A stretch of DNA of 55,910 bases, counting the filler, from Sphacelaria rigidula (Eukaryota): assembly GCA_964200075.2 (NCBI GenBank). It is 6 parts of 6 records of this genome, joined end to end, with 100 filler letters (N's around TTAATTAATTAA, not from the genome) between each part and the next. Parts side by side here need not be neighbours in the genome. Positions count along the whole stretch, not along the records: positions 28,007 to 37,241 come from CAXNAA020008966.1; positions 37,342 to 46,576 come from CAXNAA020008967.1; 4 more parts are not named here. One strand, 5' to 3'. Below the pieces are notes generated by a model. It made no database searches. It was not told the origin of the DNA and worked only from the letters and a program-made list of their open reading frames with translations. Of this stretch, positions 28,675 to 40,552 are shown in pieces (position 1 is the first letter of the stretch; each line of letters begins with the position of its first letter). A program made the position numbers and the translations under genes.

Positions 28675-28931
28675 TGTAGACTTCTGTCACTCAAAATCAG
28701 ATTGTCATGTGGACTCATCCCATCACGGGCACATGGACTTTAGCAGCTTTAGTCATTCATATAGTAACCCTCAGGATAGTACAGGAGAACAGGACCATAG
28801 CCTCTCTCCACCAGAGTGGCAAAATCAAGCCTACTCGTCATGGAGGTCAGTCACCATCACAAAGTCCGGCAATCAGACCCGCAACTCCACCGACAAATGT
28901 CCCTAGGTAACAATGGTGGCTAGAGTCTACA
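28675..28931 (-). repeat. 3' LTR
   Basis: 257 bp, TG...CA, with a 7-bp terminal inverted repeat. Confidence 0.92.
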
Positions 28932-30703
28932 GCACCCCCAAAGCTCTCTACTACCAACAAGTAGTTACATCAGAGCTTGACCAACTCAGACATCATTGGT
29001 GCCTGATAGTACCGTCGTTTTCCGCAAAGATTAGCAATCTCTTCGGCTGCTTCTGACAACAGCTCCATACAAGCTAGCCCTACTTCCGAACACCTCGCAA
29101 GAGATGCCAAGAAAATATCGTCCATCATGAACAGGCAATCACCCTGCTTGCACCACTTCGAGTTACAAAGCGATAGCTAGCGCCAAATTCTCAACTCTTC
29201 GCCCAAAACCGGTTGCTGCCATCGGCACGAAACCGGAAATGTCAGCAAACGTCAAATTCTAGAGCATTTGTGACTTATCGTCCCTCTGATCCGAGACAAG
29301 GTACTTCTCAAAATACAAAATGCACTCTTTGTACGTTCAACACCTGGGCAACGGAGTGCAACAGCCAAATGATACATCATCCTCACGCTAGAAGGAAATA
29401 AGCTCCCAACACGTCTAAAACGCGCCTGGTCTTGCTTCTGCAACACCGTAAAACGTATGCATCGCATGCCTCCCCGCCGTCAAAGCTTCAATGCTTCAAC
29501 TTGCCATTTTTCATTAAGGCAATCAAAGGAAAGCCATGACTCAAACCAGTATTCAAGTCATGCATACCAATCCAACAACAGCGAACGGACCTCGACCTCC
29601 GCCATCATTGATCACTCCTCGTGATATCGTTTTCGAACTCATGGATGCATCATCCACATGCTCCTCCTGACATGAACGAAAAACCAACCACGTGCTCGTT
29701 CAAACACGTGAAAATCCATACAAATAACGTGCCACAGTCAAAGATCATTGATGCATGCGCGCATGATGTCTTTATCTTCAACCACCGGAAGCACTCGCGT
29801 CTTACATACACACATACGACGAGCCTACGCAATTCGTATCTTTCAGCTCATTTTCACGCTAACAGCAGATATCACCACCTCCTACAGTCGGTACGAGCCT
29901 ACGAATTTCATATTTATTTGCTTATTTTCAAGCAAACAGCAGCAATCCATATATCCTGCAGTCAGTACGTGCAAACCGCACAAATATGATCCGACTGTGT
30001 TCCTGCGCGAACAAGATTATACGAGCTTCTCTTCATTTAGCATGCAGCAGTATATTGAAAACTGCCCCCCCCTAGGTCGTCACCAAATACCATTCATATC
30101 AGTACCATTTGAGCAAACATTCGCACATGCATGCCAAATTTCCACTTAGCATATGAAAATCCGCACATGCCAGTATTTCACTCAGCACATGCAATGTCGC
30201 CTTCCTTGCAGCAAACACCATAAATCATCCGTGCCAGCCGGATCAGCATAAGACACACCCTAAATATCCACGTGTACGCAAGAATTTTACCCTGAACACG
30301 AGATACGATCATGCTCGCTCAACAACCATGTATCATGCGCAAACATGACCACAAACCCCACAAAAACAAGCTGAAATCATTCTCAAAACGATTCGCGAAT
30401 ACCAGTCATCATGTGTTTCCTCATTCTCAACAAGTACTCATTCACCACAGCACTTGCTCCTCAACATCAGTACCCAACTCGGCGCTCACCACAACAGCAA
30501 ACACCTCAAGTAATACCTTCTTTGTAGTCCTCCGGCCCGCTCCTGAGAAATAGCAGCACTCGAACCACAACCCAGTGCACAGCGTAGAGCAGCCTTTCCT
30601 CTCGGACACTCCCTCCTTGCACCTTCAGTCTAGCTACACCTGGCACCCCCATGGTGTAGCTCAACATGCTGCTCAAAGGTATATTCGCACCGCTAAACCA
30701 ATG

Positions 30704-32002
30704 CTACAGATCATCTGCCTCCACAGATACTTGGGCAGTACTGAACACCTGTGCTTCAGTCAGTTTTACAGAAGAAACGAGAGGCGAAACGGGAACAATT
30801 ACACAGTCCCGAACAGCAACATCTCCTGATGGCACACTATCCTCCTCAAACACCCCGCGGCGAAACAGTGGAGACACCTCCGCCATCGCCGCCAAATACG
30901 CCAAAGCTGTCCATGTAAACAGCAGTGCACACGACCACCCCAACATCACGCGACGCTCGTTGTCGCCGTCAGAAAACTGATCGCTAACAGCATCACGAGC
31001 TTGCAGCTCGCTCTGCGTACCCGCTTCACGCGGGTCACACACCCCTATTGTTTCGATCATAAAAGGTGTGCCCACAGCTACACGCTGCTCCGGCGGCAAT
31101 TCCGCCAACCCAGCATCCACCTGTCCTTCAAGCAGACACCCCTGCGAATCATCTGAACGATCTCCCGCCCTGTCACTGGCGCAGATGGATTCACCGTGAG
31201 CACGGTAAGCTCCATGCTCGCCCTGCTCGCTCGCCATACGCGAATAACACCCCCCTGCAGCTTTGAGCATGCAAGGAGTATCTCCAGCTACGCGCTGCTC
31301 CGGCGGCAACAAGCTACTCGGACCTCCGCCCACCAGTACTTGCTCATTGGCCCATGTAGACCCTGCTCTCTCAACATCGCCAGCAGCAGCAGCAGCATCA
31401 TCCATACTCGCTACAGCCGCCACCTTCTGTCCGGCTTGCTCCTTGACGGCAATAGCGGCAACGCCTGTAGCACTCTCGTGCCTGTGCACTTGGACAGGGC
31501 TATGTTGTGTGGCTTTCTTGCCCGTCAAAATGTCGTGCCTGTCTCCATCGCCGCCGGTCTTCACACTATCTTGCACCATACTCGACGATGCGTAGGATGC
31601 ATACTTGCGCAGCGCAAAGAGCAATTTCTCTTGCCCAACATTATTCGCACCATCCAAAAGTATGTCACATAGACAGTTGTCGACATGTGCGGGCATAAGG
31701 TCAGAGACCGCTGGCTCCCCAACAACGTGCCAGCGTGCTTGGCGCTCGTTCGTCGCGTGCACCTCACGAAGGTGGTCCTCATACTTCCGCAGAAACTGAG
31801 CAGATTTTTCACTTGAGAACTTGCGACCGTAGTAGGGCATATTCAGAGATCGTACACGGACAGCGCGACCATCGATGACAACATATTGTTGCGGAAAACG
31901 AATAACATGGCCGTCCACCGCGACATACTCCTGCATCTCGTACATTTCGGTCAGCAGTACAGCACTCCACACGCTTTTTTGAGAAACAAAGTCGCCTCTC
32001 AC
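30704..32002 (-). CDS. Gag-like ORF of the LTR element
   Basis: Longest ORF in the window (432 aa), located just after the 5' LTR. N-terminal FLRKYEDHLREV resembles, from recall, stramenopile Ty3/gypsy gag. Contains an internal LPPEQRVA repeat. No RT or integrase motifs follow. Confidence 0.6.
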   Translation of the reverse strand: MRGDFVSQKSVWSAVLLTEMYEMQEYVAVDGHVIRFPQQYVVIDGRAVRVRSLNMPYYGRKFSSEKSAQFLRKYEDHLREVHATNERQARWHVVGEPAVSDLMPAHVDNCLCDILLDGANNVGQEKLLFALRKYASYASSSMVQDSVKTGGDGDRHDILTGKKATQHSPVQVHRHESATGVAAIAVKEQAGQKVAAVASMDDAAAAAGDVERAGSTWANEQVLVGGGPSSLLPPEQRVAGDTPCMLKAAGGCYSRMASEQGEHGAYRAHGESICASDRAGDRSDDSQGCLLEGQVDAGLAELPPEQRVAVGTPFMIETIGVCDPREAGTQSELQARDAVSDQFSDGDNERRVMLGWSCALLFTWTALAYLAAMAEVSPLFRRGVFEEDSVPSGDVAVRDCVIVPVSPLVSSVKLTEAQVFSTAQVSVEADDL

Positions 32003-32446
32003 TCACAGAAACAATAATTCTCTCCTTACACCACGACGCGCTTGGCCACCAAACGACAATGGCCACAGCGCCTCTTCCTCACGCAAGTCTCACCACCTTT
32101 TGAAGTCCTTAGACTCCTCTTCCTGACCGTACCTGGCCAAGCGTGGAACAAGCAACTCTCGCTGGCCCCTCCAGGCAGTAATTTCGCCGCTTCCCTGGAA
32201 CGTGCACAGGCTCGCCAGCTGTCGGTCAACCCCCCGCACCTCTCGCACGAGCGATATCACAGCTCACCCTAGCACTGCCTCAGAACCTCCTCGGCTCTAC
32301 TTCTCCAACTCCTCGCGACGTTAAGACAGACGCCTTGAGCTGATCTTGTTTGCTGCAAACTGATCAGGCCTGCAGACTTCCCTATCCTGAAGTGTCAGCT
32401 GCTTTTTATCGGAGCTACCGCCTCAGCGGACTTAATGAACGTTCAT

Positions 32447-32700
32447 TGTAGACTTCTGTCACACAAGATCAGATTGCCATGTGGACTCATCCCAATCACG
32501 GGCACATGGACTTCAGCAGCTTTAGTTATTCATATATTAACCCTCAGTGTAGTACATGAGAATAGGATCATAGCCTCTCTCGACCAGAGTGGCAAAATCA
32601 AGCCTACTCGTCATGGAGGTCACCATCACAGAGTCCGGCAATTAGACCCGCAACTCCACCTACAAATATCCCTAGATAACAATGGTGGCTAGAGTCTACA
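32447..32700 (-). repeat. 5' LTR
   Basis: 254 bp copy of 28675-28931. Confidence 0.92.
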
Positions 32701-33477
32701 TACCTTATCTTGAGCACTGGATACACACACGTGGCCATTTGGCTACCCCCCACATTCCTCCGGGTCGGTCAACTTTTCAAGTCCCCAGAGAATTTAAACG
32801 CTCCTGGAGACTTGTTTTTGCCTCAAGAGGGCCGCGCATCTCTCCGAAGGCATTTTGCTACCCCTTAATTCCTCCGTAGGAGTGTGCGGCCCTTCAGGTC
32901 GGAAGTATTTGGTTTCCTCCAGAGAGATTGGAGGCCTCGGGAGGCTTGTTTTGCCTCTCGAGAGCCGCGCATCCCTCCGGAGGCATTTTGGGGGAAAGCT
33001 ATATATGGCCGCGGGTGTATCCTCGAGAGGGTTTTCAAGGATATCAAGTCCTCTGGGAGTCAGGTTCCCCCTTTAAAGGGATTCTGTCAATTGAGAGTTT
33101 CGGAAGATTTTAGAGAATTTCGGAAAACGTTTTTTCAGATCTTAGAGTCAGAGTGGAAGGAAAAATAGCCGGTAACGGTGCACTTTCTGTCATGAAGTTT
33201 TTTTCAGAGCGATTTTTTCAGAGTCAGAGTACCGTTTGCACCACTTCACTCTGACAACCGTTGTTCCTCTTCAGAGCTCATAGCGGAATGAAGAAGAACC
33301 ACGCTCACCTTCACCGCCATGGTCACGTCCAGTTCAGAGTCAATAAACACACCCCAACAAGCAAAGTGAGACATTCATCATCCATCAAAACTGCCATACT
33401 CATCACAGTGGGGTGTTCACGAAGTAGAAAAGCTTGACATGAAAATCAGAAGACCTACCTGACGCCACCATGGTATC

Positions 33478-35402
33478 AGCATTCGCTTGCTTGTGTTGCG
33501 TGAATATTCAAATGCTCGACGGGCACACGTTGCCCCTGGGTGCAGTTCCTCACTCTTGCCAGCCTCAGCTGTAAGAAGACGGTGTGAACGATTCGTAGTC
33601 TACAACGCACAAGCAGTACTACACCTGGCTGCATTGCCATTTCGTTAGAGCTCATGACTTCTTGCGCCACACTTACGGGTGACATGTTGGGAAATCATCA
33701 CGATGCGACCTTGTCTGCTGTTTGAAAGTGTCGCCTACTACTGCACTGTTGTGCTGCTGTATTACTGTACAACGGACTGTCTGTACGGCATCGCTGAAGT
33801 TCACCGTACCGCAATGTACTGTTGTAGGGTTCTGCATTACACTCTCTATACTGCACTGGCTGTACTCTACACTGCACAGCCCTACAGCACTACAGTACCC
33901 TGTGGTGCACCGTGGCGGATTGAAGTACTACATGTGCAATAAAGCGTGGTGTACGGCACGTACGGTGCCGCAAGGTATGGTACAGCAAATGCTGTCTTGA
34001 CTGGTGCATTTTCGGACTGCACCTGACTGCACGCTGGGCAATCGCACATTTATCTGGCGGCACAACCTGCGGCCAATCACTGCGGGGAAAAAAAGTCCAC
34101 ATCAAGCCACGTCACATCAGCTTCCGCTATGAATTTTTTAGCGACCACTCTGAAGTTTCAATGCTTCCACTCTGCACTCTGACTCTATGATCAGGAACAA
34201 AATCTTCCGAAACTCCCCATTGTTTCTCACCATATAGAGTGGAAGCGTCGAAACTTCAGAGTGGACGCTAAAAAACACAGCGGAAGCCAAAGGGTGTGTG
34301 TGACATACAGACCTGGTCTGTCTGTCATACCCTTTGGCGGAAGCTGATGTGACGTGGCTTGATGTGGAGTTCTTTTCCCACAGTGAATGGTCGCAGGTTG
34401 TGCCGCCAAATGTGCGATCGACCAGCGTGCACTCCTAAAATGCACAGATCAGCACAGCATTGACTGTGCCATACCCTGCAGCACCGTACGTACCGTACAC
34501 TACGCTTCATTGCACGTGCAGTACTTCAATCCACCATGGCGCACCACACGGCACTGTAAACACGAGATCTTACAAATTGGGGATCGATCTTTTTTTGGGG
34601 ATGGGAATCCCGGAGAATTAAAATCTTCGCATCCACCCCAAATCTTCGAAATATGGTTCCATTTCTTCAACTACCGATAGCTATTGACAACTGCTACACG
34701 CCATTGAAATTTGGATTTCGATCACAGAAATTTTGGGGTCCCAGGTGAAAAAACAATTTCGAAACCATTTTGGCGTCCGTTCGGACACCCCAATTTTTTT
34801 TTTTCAAAATTGGTTTTTCACCTGGGACCCCAACATTTCGGTGATCGAAATCCAAATTCCAATGGCGTGTAGCAGTTGTCAACAGCTATCGGTAGATGAA
34901 GAAATGGAACCATATTTCGAAGATTTGGGGTGGATACGAAGATTTTAATTCTCCGGGTTCCCATCCCCCCAAAAAAAATCGATCCCCAATTTGTAAGATC
35001 CCGTGTTTGTAGTGCTACAGTGCTATGCAGGGAGTACAGCTAGTCCAGAGAGTGCTATGCAGAGCCCTACAACATTGCGGTACGGTGAACTACAACTACA
35101 GCGATACCGTACAGTCAGTAGTACAGTAGTACAGTAGTACAGTACGCAGCACGTTCAAACGAAAGACGAGGCGGCATCGTGACGATTTCCCAACATGGCA
35201 CCCATAATGGTGGTGCAAGAAGTCACGACCTCTGACGGAAGGGCAATCTAGCCAGATGTTGTACTGCTTGCGCGTTGTAGACGATGAATCGTTCACACCG
35301 TCTTTTCACAGCTGGAGCTGGCAAATATGAGAAACTGCACCCAAGGCAACGGCGTGTATCCGCCGAGCATTTTAATCTTCACTCAGCGCAACCGAGCGAA
35401 TG
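33478..35402. repeat. Large degenerate inverted repeat (foldback)
   Basis: About 33478-34172 is the reverse complement (roughly 80% by eye) of about 34236-35402 once the 34559-35007 MITE is removed. Confidence 0.8.
34559..35007. mobile_element. Palindromic MITE with AAC...GTT ends and a 4-bp TSD
   Basis: Almost fully self-complementary. TGTA|AACACGAGATCTTACAAATTGGGG ... CCCCAATTTGTAAGATCCCGTGTT|TGTA. The opposite foldback arm (about 33880-33910) shows the empty site. Confidence 0.88.
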
Positions 35403-35782
35403 TTTGTTTGCGAGCAGCCTCTCTGCTGTTCGAGTCGCACATACTGTACTGCACCGAAAGCAGCTGATGAGATTCAAGAGACAGCAGAAATTGTTGAAAA
35501 TTCATCCTCTCGCCCCCAAATTCATATATCAATTGGACAAAGGGATAGAACTCTTCAACAGCCTTCGCTGTCAACGAATCCCATACACTGGCTACGAGTT
35601 ACAATGTTTTCGTGAGATTGGGAGTAAACGATGCGATTGAGAGTGAAAATCGGTCAGTTAGTGCATGAATCATTTTAGTCCCGAAGTGACCCTCCACGAG
35701 GCCCGATATGCTTTCTCTAGGAGCTTGCCTCTGAGGCCCTTGAAATCCTCGAAAGGATATCAACGTGTAGCTACAGCTGTAA

Positions 35783-36270
35783 GGCCGCTTCTTATAGCCT
35801 AAAACAAAATCTCTCTGAGAACTGCCCTTTTGAACCTTTCATCACGGATTATTGGCGGAATAAGGGCCTTGGCGGATTTGGCCTCCTCGGAAAGATTGGC
35901 GATGTTTTTCACGAGGATTCTAGCGTATTTTCCGATTGTTTGTACGCCCAGTTTTACTCTTCACCTGATTCTGGATTTTTTCAGTCGCCGCGAAATCGTC
36001 CAATTGTCAGAAAAACGACGTACTTTCCCCCGACAACTCGAAGCAAACTCGAAGTTTTTTGGGGCGACTGAAAAAATCCAGAACACGGCCAGAAGTAAAA
36101 CTGGGGATACGAAAGATCGGACAAGCGCGCTGGGATCCTCGTGAAAAGTACAGCAAATCTTTTTGAGGATGCTCAATCCGCCGAGCCCCGTGTTCCCCCA
36201 ATAATCCGTGATGAAAGGTTCAAAAGGGCAATTTTCAGAGAGATTTTGTTTTAGTCTATAAGAAGCGGCC
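35783..36270. mobile_element. PIF/Harbinger (Tourist-like) foldback MITE
   Basis: Long TIRs starting GGCCGCTTCTTATAG, with a TAA TSD. An empty-site paralog (gtagctgtaagtacaccccagtga) lies at about 27723-27746. Confidence 0.9.
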
Positions 36271-37160
36271 TAAGCACACGCCAGTGATGAAAGCAAAAAA
36301 AGGTTTTTCCCTATCTGGAATCCCCCCCAAAAAACAAATTGGGCAAAACAAGGATATAAAAATGAACGAAAATGTTCAAATCCTTATTTTTTCTATTTGG
36401 CATTGAAAGAAAAACAGAAACTCAAATGGGGGAAAGCGAGGATTCACCCCGAACAGCCCCCGTGCTGCACAATTTCCAAATATGCTGTAGCAAGAATGGG
36501 ATTTCAGAAACATGCAGTCCAGAGGATTTTGATGTTGGCACAATATATCAGACCCCGTCATGATGTTCACTCACACAACGACGTGCTGTGTCGAGCAACC
36601 CTCTACAATCTCGCACATCGTCTGCGTGTTAATCTCAGACCTTCCCCGGGTATTCACCCCCACAAGATGCTGTGTCGAGAGAACCCTTCAAAACCGTGTA
36701 CATTGTCGAAGGTCCATTTGAGTTAATCTGAGGCTTTTGGACGTTCCGAAGGTGTTCATAAGATCGTCTACAGGGTCTCCATATTGGGCAATTTGTGACA
36801 TTGAATCCCACATCGCTTCGCAATTCGAACCTTTCAGACAAGTCTATAATGAACGCTTATTCAGGAAACTTGTCTTTTTTTAATTGGGTTTTTAAAGCCG
36901 CACCCCACAGTCTGTAGAATGGGGGACGCTCAGATTGAAAAACAGCGGCGGAGGAAACGGCGAAGGGAGAGGCGCTGATCATATAACCCGAGGCGACTAA
37001 AGTACAGAAGCCTATTGGAAGGATGACAGCGCGCAGGAGGATGGCAAGAGTAGAACCGAGAAGGTTCTGTCTGAGGTAGGGCTAAGGTGTGCTTTGGTAT
37101 CGGTTGGTCACCAGCTATTGCCGGGAGAGTCTGCCCAAAAACGCGGCGCAATTACTACCT

Positions 37161-37241
37161 CAGACGCCCCGGTGGTGTAATGGTCCGACTATCGCCATAA
37201 GGGTGGAGAGAAGGGGGGTTCGATTCCCGATGCGTTGGGAT
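37161..37241 (+). mobile_element. SINE head (tRNA-like), truncated at the contig end
   Basis: cgccccggtggtgtaatgg ... ggttcgattccc, paralogous to the head at 20242. Confidence 0.6.
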
Positions 37242-37357
37242 NNNNNNNNNNNNNNNNNNNNNNNNNNNNNNNNNNNNNNNNNNNNTTAATTAATTAANNN
37301 NNNNNNNNNNNNNNNNNNNNNNNNNNNNNNNNNNNNNNNNNAAGCACGGTTTTAGGC

Positions 37358-38107
37358 TTGAACCTCATCTCGGAGTTAAACCTCAATTCGCACAATTTGT
37401 TGTTAAAACGTTGTAATTACACTAACACAGGGTGGAATGGGGAAAACCGGGAAGGAGTGTACATGCCACAATGTGGTCATTTTCACGAGGCACTGAACGC
37501 AGGTGGGCCGTGGAAAGACAGAAGGAGCTACCGTCATGATCCTGCTCATCCCTCTGCCGATGACTTGCAGAACACTGTGAAAATGTATGTAGTGGGCGAA
37601 GATGAACAAACTGTGTATAGGCAGCTGATCCCCGTCGCTGAGAACTGTCCAGAACGTGCAAGGGAGTATGCAGCGGCAGCTGCTGTTGCAGTCGGAGAGG
37701 CGTACTGCACTGTTATACTGTACTGTATAAATGTGCGCCGCAACGCTGATACCCTCCGAAGAGAATTTGTCGCATTCAACAAAGAGGGAAATGGCGGCCC
37801 ACCCCGACCACAAAAAGCTGTGTGGAAAGGTGATGGGGACACTAATATCATCCAAAGCCACGAGTGGCGGGCAGCCCGGCGGTCGCCGCATCCTGTTGAA
37901 AGCTCTCTAGGGCGACACATACTGCTTGCTACATCAGATGTACATTACCTATTGCGCACCCTGCACCTGAAAATAGTTTGGAAGAAACCTTCGGTCTTCC
38001 TCATAACCCTGCGGTTACATACGCGGATTTTCAGCAAAATGCCACTGTTTCGTGCAGACGCCAGACACGTCATTCCTACAGGTAACCAGCCTCATTGGTC
38101 GTTCTAG
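37358..38107 (+). other. 249-codon open frame of unknown function, possibly a TE exon
   Basis: Branch-point/acceptor-like cactaacacag near 37420-37430 and a protein-like first half. No recognisable family. Confidence 0.25.
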
Positions 38108-38136
38108 AGGCTCGGTCCCACAGAGGTTAATTTATT

Positions 38137-38418
38137 CAACAACGAGCAATGATTAGAGTGCTCGCCCTGTTAGTTTCCACAACGAGCAATGACTCGAGTG
38201 CTCGCCCAATTGATTTGTTTCCACAACGAGCGTTGACTCGAGTGCTCGCCCTACTAGTTTGTTTCCCCAACGAGCATTGACTCGAGTGCTCGCCCAATTG
38301 ATTTGTTTCGCAACGAGCGTTGACTCGAGTGCTCGCCCTACTAGTTTGTTTCCCCAACGAGCATTGACTTGAGTGCTCGCCCTATTAGTTTTTACGGCCA
38401 ACGAGCAGCTCAACTAGT
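38137..38418. repeat. Minisatellite, unit of about 42-44 bp, about 6.5 copies
   Basis: Repeated CAACGAGCRTTGACTCGAGTGCTCGCCC core with alternating aattgatttgttt / tactagtttgttt spacers. Confidence 0.9.
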
Positions 38419-38878
38419 GCGAGTGCCACGAGTCACACTCGTGCTCGTCCGACGTATGAATATTTGTAATTCATAATACTCCGTGGGACACCTCGACATC
38501 CCGATATCTTCCACACATTATCGTTCGATGTTGGGCGAAGCAAATTACTTCATCACACAAGGGTAAGCTCAAAATATGGATGAAACTGGCGAATCATATT
38601 AGGGCGGTCACGCTCAGCCATCCAGCTTCAGGTGTAATCTGCCTAGTTGACGTCGTGACTCAACTCACGTCGTCGCATCTGCGTTTTTTGGGTGAGTAAC
38701 GATGCTGTGTTGGCTCTTTTGAAAATATCTCATTTCTTCGTTTTTTTTCCTGTGGATTTTCCCAATAATTATGAAGTGTAAATTCCGAGCCGAGGAGGAA
38801 GGCCGTGAAGGTGTCATTTCGTGATCCACCGTTGTTCTAAGGTTATAGGCGACGCTCATGTTTCAGGGAGGTTTGCAT

Positions 38879-39263
38879 CAGGGTTAGAAAAACTCCGCAG
38901 GCGGGAACCGAAGGCGACATGCGGCCCCCGGAGGGCGCCGGCCGCGTAGGCCCCCCCCGGAGGGGCCCCGCAGGGCGAAAAAATGTTGGGTTTTCCTTTC
39001 AAAAACTCGCCTAGATTTTGTCGAAATGGGGCCATTTCGACGGTATGAGCCTCGCCGCGAAAACAACCCCCCCCCCAAAAAGAAAACGCCTCCGGCGAAA
39101 AAAACAGTGCCGCAGAAAAGTTTTTCGCCTCCGGCGAAAAAAGTGCGGCCCATTTTTTTTCCCGAGTCAAGCCACAGAGAGAAGCTCCCAAAAGCTGCGC
39201 ATCGCCCACTTTTTCATAGTAATCTGCGTCAGCGCAGGCCCGCGTGGAGTTTTTCTAACCCTA
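38879..39263. mobile_element. hAT-type MITE
   Basis: TIRs CAGGGTTAGAAAAACTCC and GGAGTTTTTCTAACCCTA. Perfect 8-bp TSD GTTTGCAT. Subterminal cgcctccggcgaaaa repeats. Confidence 0.9.
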
Positions 39264-40225
39264 GTTTGCATGCACAGTGATTGGGTTCAAATATCCGCTG
39301 ATATATCGCCACATACGGCTCAATTTTTCGAGGTACAGTAGGACTTGATATTTCGAAACGTGATTTGCGATGTACTCACCGAGATATCCCGAGTAAGAAT
39401 CCATTCTTATTTTGTCTTTGTTCTTTCCCTCTCAGCGAGGCACGATCCACTCACTTTTTTCCCATTTGTCGAACTGAGTTGGCCATACCCCACCGAAACG
39501 CCAATACTCGGGGGATTACTCGAAACGCGGTGGTGGTCACCTTCCAAATCACGTATAGCATCAAAATGTCACGTCCAAACTCGAGACGCCAAGCCACGCA
39601 TGGCAATACTAGCGAATCCCTCGGCTCTTGGCCCAGCTTGTACGGGCAGCGAAAACTTGACAAGATATTTACTGTAGAGGAAATTTGCCGTGAATCGGAG
39701 GAGGGTGTGACACGCTTTTTAGTATGGAGCGCAATAATTCTGCTCTTCTTGTTGTACTTGATCTGTCTTCATAAATGTGCACGGTGTTCAAGCAGGGTAC
39801 CAGCGAATCAAACACAACCCGAGTCTTCTCATCGCTCGTGCGCGCTTGAGAGCTACGTGATGGGGGAAAACAAAAAATCAAACACACCACTCACCGAGGC
39901 ATCCCGGGGGAGGGGTCCCGAGTCTACCCATTTATATTTTTTCCGCGAATATCTTCCTTTAAAAGAGCTAGCTTCCCCACGACGGTCACACGTCAGTCAG
40001 TCAGTGCTGACCGAGTAGCTCAGCGGTCATGGGCTTTATCAACAAAAGCTTATGTCCGAAGCCCGTCTAGCTGTTACGCCACGAAGTTGGATTTCAACCC
40101 TTGTAATCAACGCTGCTTGCTCGCTTGCCCGGAATAACATCAGTCGGAAGTCCGCAAGGAGGGTTGTTTGCGATTTCTGGCCGTTATAGGCACCAACCAC
40201 TATAGAAAAGGACGATGTCACTCAC

Positions 40226-40496
40226 CATAAGAAAGTGGACATGAGCCTGTACTCCATCTCCCGTCGAAATTTCCTCGTGCCCACTCCGATCGAGACGGCT
40301 GCCATAGAGTCATCACACGTCCGCATGCTCATCATCTTCTTCAGCCAAGACCCGTCCGATTCCGCCACAAATGACCGCAAGCGCGCGTACAGTTGGACGG
40401 GGTACACGTGGGTATCATGCGTTGTGAAATCGTGGTGAACGCTCGTCCCCATAGCTTCGGAAGCCACGCCTCTCCAGCATTGTTCTATGGCGCCTC
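40226..40496 (-). CDS. Exon D of the tandem GT-A/DUF6492-like protein (no further exon found in this contig)
   Basis: Acceptor cttctggttgatcag| (phase 1, matching exon C) and donor TG|gtgagt. Encodes GAIEQCWRGVASEAMG...HVYPVQLYARLRSFVAE...EMEYRLMSTFLW. Confidence 0.85.
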
Positions 40497-40552
40497 CTGA
40501 TCAACCAGAAGAGGATAAAAAATCGACAGGAAGCGAAAAAAGCAGGGTTTTA

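Larger units (their letters stand above)
28675..32700 (-). mobile_element. Complete non-autonomous LTR retrotransposon (gag-only, TR-GAG/LARD-like)
   Basis: Direct repeats at 28675-28931 and 32447-32700 (about 93% identical by eye), each TGTAGAC...GTCTACA. TSD TACC at 28671-28674 and 32701-32704. A purine-rich PPT candidate (gagagctttgggggtgc, minus strand) abuts the left LTR. Confidence 0.93.

Noticed and set aside
28940-30700. pol (RT/RNase H/integrase) in the LTR element
   Set aside because: There is no long frame or catalytic motif, and at most faint degenerate traces.
38137-38418. CRISPR-like repeat-spacer array
   Set aside because: Spacers are short (about 15 bp) and repeat each other. 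There are no cas genes and the context is eukaryotic.
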